From Isurus oxyrinchus (Eukaryota): a DNA stretch of 64,000 nucleotides. Below the pieces are notes generated by a model, which was not told the DNA's origin, made no database searches, and saw only the letters and a list, made by a program, of their open reading frames with translations. Below are positions 37,501-48,619 of the stretch, in pieces (the first letter of the stretch is position 1; each line of letters opens with the position of its first letter). The stretch covers positions 5,642,001 to 5,706,000 of the forward strand of contig JANJGN010000036.1 of assembly GCA_026770705.1 (NCBI GenBank). The letters are read 5' to 3'. The translations under genes and the position numbers were made by a program.

Positions 37501-37884
37501 GTTGCCACGGCAACCAATCCCCGCCCACCGGGCCAGCGCCGATTGGCCGACCCTGACCTTTGAGCGACAGCGGCCTGGACCAGTCCGCCGCCACCACCAC
37601 CCCGGCGCAGGCGCGGTCGGCCGGCGGCCGCCTTGCGCCCCGGGAGTTGTAGTCCGCCGCCTCGGCCTCCCCCCCATTGGGCGGGGAGGGCTGGGGGAAC
37701 TACAACTCCCGGCGGGCCCAGCGCCGTCAATGGCCGTTGCCATTCTGGCGGGATTTTCGGGAGACGGCAGCCGCCACCTCCCCCTTTTTGAGGAGACAAG
37801 ATTTTAAAAATTTATTTATATATATATATAAACTACTCCCGAGGAGAAACGAGTTAGCAGCTGAGTTAAAGTCTGAAGGGAGCG
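37480..37884. promoter_or_regulatory. CpG-island bidirectional promoter for TTC24 and IQGAP3
   Basis: CpG-rich. X-box GTTGCCACGGCAAC at 37501-37514, CCAAT/ATTGG and GC boxes, inverted ACTACAACTCCC at 37642-37653 and 37699-37710, TGGCGGGA at 37746-37753, TTTAAA at 37803-37808. Confidence 0.8.
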
Positions 37885-37927
37885 ATGGAGAGCGAGGTGG
37901 ATTCAGGCGGGAAACGCCAAGTGGGAT
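37885..37927 (+). CDS. IQGAP3: IQGAP3 exon 1 coding part (MESEVDSGGKRQVG)
   Basis: gcgATGg start and T|gtgagt donor; phase 1 joins exon 2 in frame (TAT = Y). Confidence 0.75.
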
Positions 37928-38103
37928 GTGAGTAGAAAGATATGAGCAGCGCTGTTAAGCCAAAAAGTCCGAGCTTTCCCTCACTCACGTTACTCTTTAT
38001 CTGCTGCACATCAGCATAACAACAACAATAATAATATTAGGTGATTTAGATTACTTTCCGGCAGCGTTTGCTCCCTTTCAGGGGCTGTTCACCTGTGGAG
38101 TCC

Positions 38104-38348
38104 GGTTGCCAACCCTCCCGGATTGCCCGGGAGTCACTTCGCAAAGATAATTCAGGGTCTTTTTTTTTCTCTCTCTCTCTCTCTCCTCTCTCAAATTTTA
38201 CTTTGAACGCGTTTGTTTATAGGTTTTAAGGATATTGGTGATGATTAGCCAGGCTGTTGGAAATAGGAGGTCCCCCCCCACCCCACCCCCCCCAAACCTT
38301 TTCTGCTGCTGATAGCTCCCGGAATATGGTCAACAAAGGTTGGCAACC
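38104..38348. mobile_element. hAT-like MITE in IQGAP3 intron 1
   Basis: TIRs ggttgccaacc / ggttggcaacc; a related left end lies at ~21833. Confidence 0.55.
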
Positions 38349-39150
38349 TCAGGTTGGACGTTTTGTTTTCCTTGTCTTTTTCTCTTTGAAGCATCTTTGG
38401 ACGTTTTGCTCTTTTGCAACAGTCACTTGGTGAAATAAAGCTCCAGATAGAGAACTGGAGGCAAAAGAATAACCCCCACTGGCTTCATTTGAGGAGGCCA
38501 TTTGTCCCATTATGCCCATGCTGGCTCCTGAAAGAGCTATCCAATTAGTTCAATTCTCCCCTCCCCCATCCCCACCACCGTGGTCCTGCAAATTTCTCCT
38601 TGAAGTATTTATCCGGTTCCCTTTTGCAGGTTACTGAATCTGTTTCCACTGTCCTATCAGGCAGCGCATCCCAAGTGCAGAGTCTCTCTCTCTCGAGATG
38701 GGTGAATTGAGATGGGCTGAATGGCCATCCTCACCTGTGTGCTCCGATACGTTTCAGGATTACAGGGCTCAGCTGAAAGAGCTTTTACTCCTCCGGTGTC
38801 GTGGCTGACCGGTCACCCTGCCCTGCGCCAGAAAGTCGCGCGTTCATGTCCTACTCCAGAGACTTGAGTGCACAATCCTTGCTGACGCTCCCAGTGCAGC
38901 GCTGAGGGAGTGCCGCACAGTCGGAGGTGCTGCCTTTTGGATGAGACGGTAAACCGAGGCAATGGTACCACTATATGAAACTGTTTATGTGGGAGCCTTA
39001 GTCCAAACCCATCCCTTATATGCATCACACGGGTGTGCAGGGAGCTTGACAAGTTAACATCAATTTCTATTACAAAGGCGGGCATTGAATTTATAATGAG
39101 CTAAAGGGGCTAAATTATGAGGGCAGGTTGCACAGACTAAGCTTCTAATC

Positions 39151-39409
39151 CGATGAAAGCAAAATACTGCGGGTGCTGGAAACCTGAAATAAAAACATAA
39201 AATGCTGGAAAAACTCAGCAGGTCTGGCAGCATCTGGGGAGAGAGAAACTGTTAATGTTTCCAGTCTGTTTGACTCTTCGGAGTTTGAAGAGTTCAACTC
39301 TGAAGAAGAGTCATACGAACTCGAAACGTTAACTCTGTTTCTCTCTCCACAGATGCTGCCAGACCTGCTGAATTTTTTCTGTGACGTTATTTTTTGGCTT
39401 TTATTCCAG
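39151..39409. mobile_element. Palindromic Penelope-terminus-derived element with hammerhead-like core
   Basis: Inverted arms; 10-bp TSD gcttctaatc at 39141-39150 and 39410-39419; CTGAAGA-AGAGT..ACTC-GAAACGTT at 39300-39330. Confidence 0.8.
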
Positions 39410-42400
39410 GCTTCTAATCTCTCGAGCATAGAAGATTAAGGCGTGATCCAATCGAGGGTTTTAAGATGATTAAAGGATTCAATGGGGTTAATAGAAAGAA
39501 ACTGCTTCCTCTGGGTGGGGGTGGGGAGTCCAGAACAAGGGGGCAGAACCTTAAAATTGGAGCCAGGCCATTCAGGGGTGATGTCAGGAAGCACTTCACA
39601 CGCACGCACACACACGCACTCACACGCACTGGGGAGCAGGAATCTGGAACTCTCTACCCCCACCCCCCCCAAAAAAAAATGCTTTCAAGGCTGGGGGTGT
39701 CAATTGGAAATTTCCAAACGGAGGTGGATAGATTTTTGTTGGGTAAGGGGATTAAGTGTTGTGGAGCCAAGGTAGGCAGATGGCATTAAGATACAGATCA
39801 GCCGTGAACTGATTGAATTTCGAAACAGGCTGGAGGGACTGAATGGCCTCCTGTTCCTAAGTGTGCGCAGATGGGAAATTTTAAACCAGTTGTGGATTGA
39901 AATTGCTGCCAGAACAGCACGCGATTTGAAGCTTGCATCCACTGCTCTGTAAAAACTTCCCAAGTGCTGGCTGGTTATTTTGTTTTAATTTTGCGTGAAA
40001 GTATGGATTTAAAATCGAAATAAACTTCCAGACCTGTTTTTATGTCTTCCTTAAATAGTTATTATTTCTGTAGAGTTTTTAAAAAAATAAGTCATAGTTT
40101 TGAAATGCCCGATTTACCTTTCTCATAAACCTTCACATTGTGTTTAATTAGCAGTCCTGCGCCCCTCCCAGTGTGTCAACATTGGGCTTTTTGGCAAATG
40201 CTTAATATCTGATTTATTTTTAAGAATTGCAGACTCTGCTTTGGGTCGGATTCAGTGAAATTCAACCCTGCGCTGCTGTTTCTGGTAATGACTGGGGAAA
40301 CGTTCGGAACAAGCGGTTTCATTGTGCACTCCTGGGTAAGGAGTGATCCGTTGAAATGGCTAATTCATCGTTTGTTTGTTTTTTCTGGCTAATTAGTGCA
40401 TCCGTGCCAAATCACGTTCATTTTGAAAGTCTTTCTTGTATTGGTTTCCAATGTGTGTCTGATGGAACTTTTCCTGGTCTTCCAAAATCTTTTTTTTTTA
40501 AGTACTGAGCTAATCTGTACCCTAGCCATGACGCACTTAGCAGCGTCTCAGTGAGTGCTATGCTCGGGAAGATGTTTCTGATTGTTGGGGGCGGGGATAT
40601 CAAAGCTGGAGCTATAAATATAAAAACAGTCGCTGATAAATCTAGTAAGGAATTCAGGAGAAATTCCTTTACCATGAAAACGTAGCACTCGGCACCAGAG
40701 GGAGTGGTTGAGGTAAATAGCAAAATGCATTTGCGGGGAAGAGGAAATAGAAAGACAGGCTTGCATTTATATAGCGCCATTCACAAGCTCATTGTCCCAA
40801 GCACTTTAGAGCCAATGAAGTACTTTACGAAGGTAGGAAAAGCTGCAGCCAGTATGCGCACAGCAAGCTCTCACAAAACACCAATACAATAGTGACCCAG
40901 GTCACCTGTTTTCAGTGATGTTGTTTGAGGGGTAGAGATTGGGCCGCTCACTGGGGAGAGCACCCCCTTCCTCGTACTAGTGTTGCCTGATCCTTTACGT
41001 CCACCTGGGAGGACAGACAGAGGCCCTGGTTCGGCTGTCCGAAAATGAGCGCCGACGCAGAACCCCCTCAGCACTGAACTGAAATGCCAGCCTGGAGCAG
41101 AAGGAGCTGCAGATTGGGTGAGATGAAGCAGAGTGGGAGGAAGAGGAGCATAAACGCCAGATGGGCTGAATAGACGGCGTCCGTACTGCACATTTTGCGA
41201 TTCTGTGGCGGGGGGAAAAAAACGTTTCACTTAATTCGGGTAGAGAGTAGTTGCACCGTTGATGTCAGGCTGGGCTCCTGGTAGTCCATGGGAGGCCACT
41301 TTGGAAGATTAAAGCTCCGCTCTTCTGTACGTGTTCTTCAACTTCAAACAGCAAGTGTTGGAAGATGTCAAGAAAGGGACCTTATTTTGGACCCGTGTCT
41401 CCTCCAAAACTCAAAGCCACGGTTGAAAGGATGGGGGTGGGAGTATAAGCATTAGCTGGAGTAATTGCGCCTTTGTGGCACTGTGGGTGACGACCTGTCT
41501 GGTCTTTCACTGGCTCTCTAGTCTTGGAGTGAGCTACCTGGATGTCTAAAGTCTGGTTTTTAAAATAACTTATTCCCTCACCTCTGCCTCACCATCCAGA
41601 GACATTAGTTAGCAGAGTTTTCAACAGAAAGCATCAACTTCAATCCACAATGCCGTTCCGTTTGGCCTATTCTGTGTTGGTCTTTATACCGCACAGGAGA
41701 AGCCTTGCACTGAAATGTTCTGAATTTCTCTCACCGAAGAAATTCTTCGAGGAATCTTATGTCCTGAAGGGAAACCCGGAATTTGTCCTTCACTCATTCA
41801 TTCAACAATTAATAAAGAAGAAATGCGACTCTCCTACCTCCGTTCCTTCCAGAGGTTATGGGTTCAAGACACGCTCCTGTCCAGTACTGAGGGCGCACTC
41901 CACTGCTGGAGATGTCGCCTTTCTTAGATGATGCTTTAAACCGAGGCCCAATCTGTCGTCTCGTAAAGGATCCAGCGACTCTTCGAGGGAAAAACAGAGT
42001 TTCCCCCCAGTGTCCTGGGCCAATTGTCCAAACCAGCATCGGTTGTTCAGTCGAGGCACTGGAGGGCATTAGATGATTATTTGAATGGAAACAATGTTCA
42101 GGGTTAAGGGGGAAAAGGCAGAGCAGTGGCATCAGGTCATGATGCTCATTTGGAGAGCCGGTGCAGACACAATGGGCCGAATGGCCTCCTCCTGTGCCGT
42201 TAAGGTTCTGTGATTCCCTGATCACAAACAGATGATCTGGGTCATGATCACATGCTGTTTGTGGGAGCTTGCTGTGTGCAGTTGGCTGCCATAATTGCCA
42301 CATTACAATCGTGCCCACACTTCATAAAGCACTTCAGTGGATGTAAAGCGTAAAGGAATGTGGTCATGAAAGGTGCTATATAAATGCAAGCCTTAACTTT

Positions 42401-42516
42401 TTTTCATTGCCTGCTTGCTGCTGTGGCATGAGTTTTTTTTTATCGCTTAGCCTGTTAAGGAGGTGTTTTTACATTTCTGCCAGTGTGAATGTTTTTGTAA
42501 CCCTGCCCTTTGACAG

Positions 42517-42616
42517 ATGCTCTGGGGAATGAGCGCCTCACAGCGGAGGAGATGGATGAACGCAGACGACAGAACATTGCCTACGAGTACCTCTGTCACT
42601 TGGAGGAGGCGAAACG
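42517..42616 (+). CDS. IQGAP3: IQGAP3 exon 2 (YALGNERLTAEEMDERRRQNIAYEYLCHLEEAKR)
   Basis: ctttgacag| acceptor and |gtgaga donor; canonical IQGAP N-terminal motif. Confidence 0.95.
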
Positions 42617-43588
42617 GTGAGATGGCTTTCCACACGGGTTTAGCCTTTGGCCTCTTCTTCTAGTGTGTCATACGTGGGAGCAAAGCATGTGAAAGCAATG
42701 GATGGCTGGGTGGGCAGCTGAAAGCCTCCTGTTCTGTGAGTGAGGTAGTGGGTAAAATACACCCTGTGCTGCCCACTTCCTGCACTGTGCTCCCCGTTCT
42801 CCTTTGATGGCTTGAGGGTACGTGCCAGCGCTGTGGTGAAACGTGTTCACTCCCAGTATGTGTATGGGTAAAAGTGCCGGCCTTGGCTCAATGCTGGCAC
42901 TCCTACCTCTGCATCAGAAGGGGTGAATTCAAACCCTACCCCTGGGTGTGAGCTTGTCGCCAACCACCCCCCCCCCCCCCAACCACCAACACTACAGTGC
43001 AGCACTCAGCTGTTGGAAATGCTGCCTCTTGAGTGCGATATTAAACCCAGACCCTGCCCACCCCTGTAGACGGATGTGAAGTATCCAACTTGACTACTTG
43101 AAGAGCAGGGCGCTCTCGGTGCTGTGGGCCAACACTAAAAGCAGATGACCTGCGTCGTTGACGCACTGCTGTTTGTGGGAGCTTGCTGTGCGAGAATAGG
43201 CTCCTGCGTTTCCTCCGTTATAACAGTGGCTACACTCGGAAAGGAACAGGGCTTTGTTTGTCGGCTGTGGAGCGCCTCTGGGCCATCCTGATGTTGAGGG
43301 CGACCGCAGAAACACAGGTTCTGTCTCTTTAAAGCTTCCTTAACTTTAAAGTGCTCGTGGGCTGCACGCCAATCCGAATGGTGACATGTACCCTCTGTCG
43401 GGATCAGTGGGAATACCAATAATATCAGCCCCTATTCAATGGGATGATTCCCTCCCTGCCCTGCCCCCAAAAGGGGAATCCATTACCTGCGATTTGTAAA
43501 TGTCTGTTAACCAAGGGTAGCTGGGATATCAGCCGTGATGTAATTGAATGGGCTCAAGGGGCTGAACGGCCAGAATCTGCCTCAATGT

Positions 43589-43957
43589 GGGAGACGGTGA
43601 TGTCATGGTAATGCCTCCGGACTAGTAACCCAGAGGCCCGGGCGAATGCTCCAGGGACACGGGTTCAAACCCCAACTGGGCAGCTGGTGGAATTTAAATT
43701 CAGTTAATAAATCTGGAATATAAAGGGAGTCTCAGTGACCATGACGATCGTCATCGATTGTCGTTAAAAATCCATCGGGTTCACTAATGCCCCCTTTAGG
43801 GAGGGAAATCTGCCGTCCTTGCCCAGGTGCCAGACGCACAGTAAAGTGGTTGACTCTTAACTGCCCCCCTGAAATGGCCTCGCAAAGCACTCCGTTCCAA
43901 GGCAGTTAGGGATGGGCAACAAGTGCTGGTCTTGCCAGCGATGCCCACACCCCATGA
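43589..43957 (+). mobile_element. tRNA-derived SINE sharing its head with 2995-3297 and its tail with the LINE 3' end at 550-620
   Basis: A-box-like sequence and B box GGTTCAAACC; tail gatgggcaacaagtgctgg...cccatgaa. Confidence 0.75.
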
Positions 43958-44438
43958 AAGAATATGCGATCAGTCCCTAACCCCTCCGCCCGAATTTGTA
44001 GTTTGGACTCTGGGATGAAGGCCGGACACGTGTGGGTGCTGGACCCCGGCGTGTGGGTGCTGGACCCCGGCGTGTGGGTGCTGGACCCCGGCGTGTATCT
44101 GCTTACAGGACTGGATGGGAAGGGATGGGGGCAGTATTAATCTAGGTCTCAACTACATGCACCTGCCTTATTCACAGATGAGGACACCCCATAGATATGC
44201 AAGTTATAGGGAAGTTCAGTAAAGTATTGCCATGGAAACATTGGTAAAATTCAGCAGTGTGCAGTGTAAGCTCGTTCCTCCCTTGAGGAAAGTGGTGAGT
44301 GGTTAAAGGGCGTGTTCGATCACATTCCCCTTCATCGCCCCATCCCCTCCCCTCGATTTGCTGCGGGTGGTTGCCAGTGAAGTTGTCTCTCGGTCCTGCT
44401 AACCCTGGGGTTTGCGTACTCTGCCGATTTGATTTCAG

Positions 44439-44595
44439 ATGGATGGAGGCCTGCTTGGACGAGGAGCTGCCGCCAACTACCGACCTGGAGGAGAGCCTGC
44501 GGAACGGGGTGATCCTGGCTCAACTGGGCCATCGTTTTGCGCCTGACGTTGTCCCACAGAGGAAAATCTATGACCGAGAGCTGTTGAGGTACAAG
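44439..44595 (+). CDS. IQGAP3: IQGAP3 exon 3, CH domain (WMEACLDEELPPTTDLEESLRNGVILAQLGHRFAPDVVPQRKIYDRELLRYK)
   Basis: atttcag| acceptor and |gtacgg donor; ESLRNGV..A.LGH.FAP.VVP is IQGAP3-type. Confidence 0.95.
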
Positions 44596-46267
44596 GTACG
44601 GTGAACACTGAGTCACCAGACGGTGCACGTTGCGCTGTAATCCGCAGAGATTTCCGTTCCCTGAGAGAACGCCATGTCCCTTTTATGTTAAATAAAAAAA
44701 GAAAGGAAGGAACCTCGCTGGTAGGATACATCCAGGAGCCTGTGTTATAGCCGGCACTGTGTAAGGTTGGAGTATTTCAGTGCAAGGTCTGCCTTGTATT
44801 TAGAAACTGTAGCACCTGAGAGATGTTATGGAAGGGCGGCTGTGGATGTGGAGAGGAACTCGGGGTCAGGATTTAAAAAATAAGGGGGTCGCCCATTTAA
44901 GACAGAGATGAGGAACATTTTTTTTTCTCAGGATCATGAGATTTTGGAACTCTCTTCCTCAAAGGAGGCAGAGTCTTTGAATATTTTTAAGGCAGAGCTA
45001 GATAGATTCTTGATAAGTAAGGGGATGAAAGTTAATTGGGAGTAGGTGGGAGTGTGGAGTTGAGGTTAAAATTAGACCAGCTCTGATCTTATTGAATGGT
45101 GGAGCAGGCTCGAGGGGCTGAGTGGCCTACTTCTGCTCTTAATTCGTATGTTTGTATAAAACTGACTGTCCTCCCCCAATGCTTTCAGTTATTCAATCAG
45201 CAAGCAGAACTTTGTAGTCAAGAGTAAAGCTGTGCCTTTTCCTGGGGAGAAGCATTACAATGCCGCTAGTATGGTAAAGGCGTCTCATGATTCTCTTCAC
45301 ACCTATCAAATGTGGCACACTACAGGGCATAACAACAAGCCTTCAACTTGGTGACAACAATTGCATTGCAATAGAGAATCCCCTGTGAGACCCTGTAACT
45401 GTGAAAACACGTCACAGGGTCGGCTCTCTCCTTTGGTGTGTCGGTGACAGTCTCGCAGTCACTCTTGCCGCTAATGAAAGGGTGGGTTTTTTTTTTAAAT
45501 TAATTTTCGGAATGTGGATGTTGCTGGCCAAGCTGGCATTTGTTAGCCTAGATGCCCTCTTACCGTTGTAGGACCACTTTCGAATTGCAGTTAAGAATCA
45601 GCCACATTGGAGTGGGGCTGGAGTCGCACAGGCCAGACTGGGTAAAGGCGGCAGGGGCACAAGTGAACCAGCGCAGTTTTTGCTATGATCTGGACACTTC
45701 ACAATCGTTTTTACTAATCTCAGCTTTCTCAAGTTGAATTCAAATTCTCAAAGTGGGGATTTGAACTCTTAATTCCCAGGAGCCCCAGTTTTTCCAGCTA
45801 TTGCGCTCCCGCTGTAGAACTGAGCCACAGAGACGGACCCAGGTTTGATCCTTGGTGTGTGCAGCGGTGGCTGATCCCTGTTGTGGCAGCCAAGATCTTA
45901 ACGTCTGTCTCACCTTGGGCGGGAGGGACGAGGTTCCTGCTTCTCGATCAGTATTCAGCGTGCCTGCTTGGAAAGTGGATCTCGGCATCGCGCCTTGCTG
46001 GGGGCTCCCACGGGTTTACCTGCCAGCGTTCACAGCCCAGATGTACGCAGAAAGAAGGAGCTAGTGGTCGAAATAATGACCCTGTCTCTGGATTTCAGCT
46101 GTGGATCCCCGGGTATGTTTAAGCAACTTGTGCCCCTCGTTCAACCTGAAGCCACACCCTTCAGATCCTCACTTAACCCTCAGTTCGGGCAGGGAACGCT
46201 TGCAAATGGTGCTACTGCATTGCGACCTTGCGCTCAATGTTTTATTTCAACTTATGTTTTTGTGTAG

Positions 46268-46345
46268 GCGACCGGACTAAATTTCAGACACACGGACAAT
46301 ATCAACCATTGGCTGAACGCGATGGCCAAGATCGCCCTCCCATCG
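46268..46345 (+). CDS. IQGAP3: IQGAP3 exon 4 (ATGLNFRHTDNINHWLNAMAKIALPS)
   Basis: tgtgtag| acceptor and |gtatag donor; 78 bp, phase 0-0. Confidence 0.95.
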
Positions 46346-46449
46346 GTATAGTACAAGGCATTTCTTCTCTATATATCTTTGGAATGTTTATCTTGATGAG
46401 AGCTTTGTAATTTCTAGGTGATGAATACGTGAACGCAAATCTTGTAAAA

Positions 46450-48610
46450 GTGATAGAGACACTAAAGAGGCCAATGGGATGCTGGGTTTTATGAGCAGAA
46501 ACGTTGAGTGTGAAAGAAGGGGAGGTTACGCTTAATCTTTTAGCTGAGGTCTAACCAGTGAGTGTGCCCAACGCTGGGGCCCCAAGCTTCAAGAAGGATG
46601 CCAAGACCTCGGAGAGGGTGCAGAGGAGATTTACCAGAATGTGACCAGGGATGAGAGTTATGTGGAGAAGCTGGGGTTGTTCTCCTTGGAGCAGAGAAAG
46701 CTAAGGGGAGATTTAATCGACGCGCAGAAAACTGAGGGGTCTTGATTTCAACAGATAAGGAGAAATTGTTTCCCTTGGAAGACTTTTAAAACAATTGGTA
46801 AAAGAACCAGAGGGTGAGGTGAGGATTTATTTCTTATTGCTCAGTGATTTGGTGTGATATGGAATGCACCACCTGAAGGGAAATGGAAGCAGATTCAGTA
46901 GTTCTCTATGGGCAAATAGTAAGGTGGTGGTAAGAGGAGGGGTGGGGGCACTGATGAGGGACCAAAAAGGAGACCTGCCTGTAGAAGCAGGAGGTGTGGC
47001 TGAGGCACTAAATGAATGCCGGAGTAAACTCGAAGGGCCGAATGACCTACCCTTGCTCCTACTTTCTATGTTTGATCTCTTTACCAAGGAGCAAGATACG
47101 GCTCAAGTCATAGTGAAGAGGAGGTGGTTGGGAAACTGGATGGGCTAAACATTGATAAAGAAGAGGCACGAGAGATGCTCTATGATAAGTCATAGGGCTG
47201 GATCAGATACATCCGAGAATAATGAGGAGAGTAAGGGTGGAAATTGTGGAGGCACTGGTCATAATCTTATCAATCCGCTTTTAAGATGCAAAGGGTTTGC
47301 CAGAGGACTGGAGAATTGCAAACGTCCCATCACCTTGTTCGAGGAAGGATGGAAGGATAAAACCAGCAACTACAGGCCGGTCAGTTTAACCTCGGTGGGA
47401 AAGCTTTCAGAAATAATGACAGTCATTTGGACGAGTGGGGATTAATTAGGGCAAATCCTCTTTAACTAACTCGCTTGAGATTTGTGAGGAGAGAGCAGAG
47501 AGGGTACATGAGGGTAGTGTGGTTGACGTGGTGTACATGGACCTCTAAAAGGCGTTTGACAAAGCGCCACATAATAGACCTGTCAGCAAATTTGAAACCC
47601 ACGGAATAAAAGGGACGGCAGTAGCGTTGGTGTGGAGTTGAGTGACAGGAAACAGATTCATGGTGAACAAGTGCTTTTCAGGCTGGAGGAAGGTGTACGG
47701 TGGGGTTCCCCAGGGGTTGGCTCTAGGACTACTGCTTTTCTTGCTCCGTATGAATGACTTAGACTTGGGTGTGCAAAGCACAATTTGAAAAGCTGCAGAT
47801 GACTCAGAGCTTGGAGTTATTGTGAACTGTGAGGAAGTTAGTGTTAAACTTCAAGAGGACCGAGACAGGCTGGTGGAATGGGCGGGTGTGCGGCAGAAGC
47901 CATTTAAAGCAGTGAAGAATGAAGCGGCAGCACTTTGCTAGGAAGAATGAGGAGAGGCTGTATGAAGAGGACAATGTGAAAAGGCAGGAACAGTGAGTTC
48001 CGAGGGGGTGTGTGTGCACAAATTGCTGAAGGTAGCAGGGCAAGCTGAAAAAGTGGTCAGGTTAAAAAGGCACACGGGATCCTGAGCTTTATCAATAGAA
48101 GCATAGGGTGCAAAAGCAAGGAAGTTACGACGAACCCTTGCTTGAAACACTGGCTCGGCCTCAGCCCGAGGGTTGTGTCCGGTTCTGCGCACTGCGCTCC
48201 AGGAAGGATGCGAAGGCTTCAGGGATGTTGCAGAAACGGTTCACCGAGAGTGGTTCTGGGGATGAGGGACTTCAGGCGTGTGGATATGTTGGAGAAGCTG
48301 GGGTGGTCCTCCTTGGAGAAGAGATAAGCTCGGAGAAGATTTGATCAAAATGTTCAAAACAGTGAGGGATCTAGACCGGCTAGATGGGGAAAAGCTATTC
48401 CCCGTGGCCAAAGTGTTGAGAACCAGAGGGCACAGATTTAAAGTGGTTGACAAAAGAACCAGAGGCGACATGAAAACTTTCTTTACGTGGCGAGGGGATT
48501 AGAATCCGGATTGCACCGCTCTCAAGTGTGGTGGAAGCAGCTTCAGAAGTGGCCTTTCAAAAGGCAACCGGATAAGCACCTGAAGAGAGAAACATTTCGG
48601 GGCTACGGCA
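46450..48610 (+). mobile_element. Degenerate CR1 LINE pieces
   Basis: NYRPVSLTSVGKL, DVVYMD..KAFDK, RTRGHRFKV. Confidence 0.8.
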
Positions 48611-48619
48611 CAAGATCAA

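Noticed and set aside
43589-43680. tRNA gene
   Set aside because: A/B boxes are followed by a SINE body and LINE-type tail; no clean cloverleaf or terminator.
44029-44095. 3 x 21-bp direct repeat
   Set aside because: Ordinary short local duplication.
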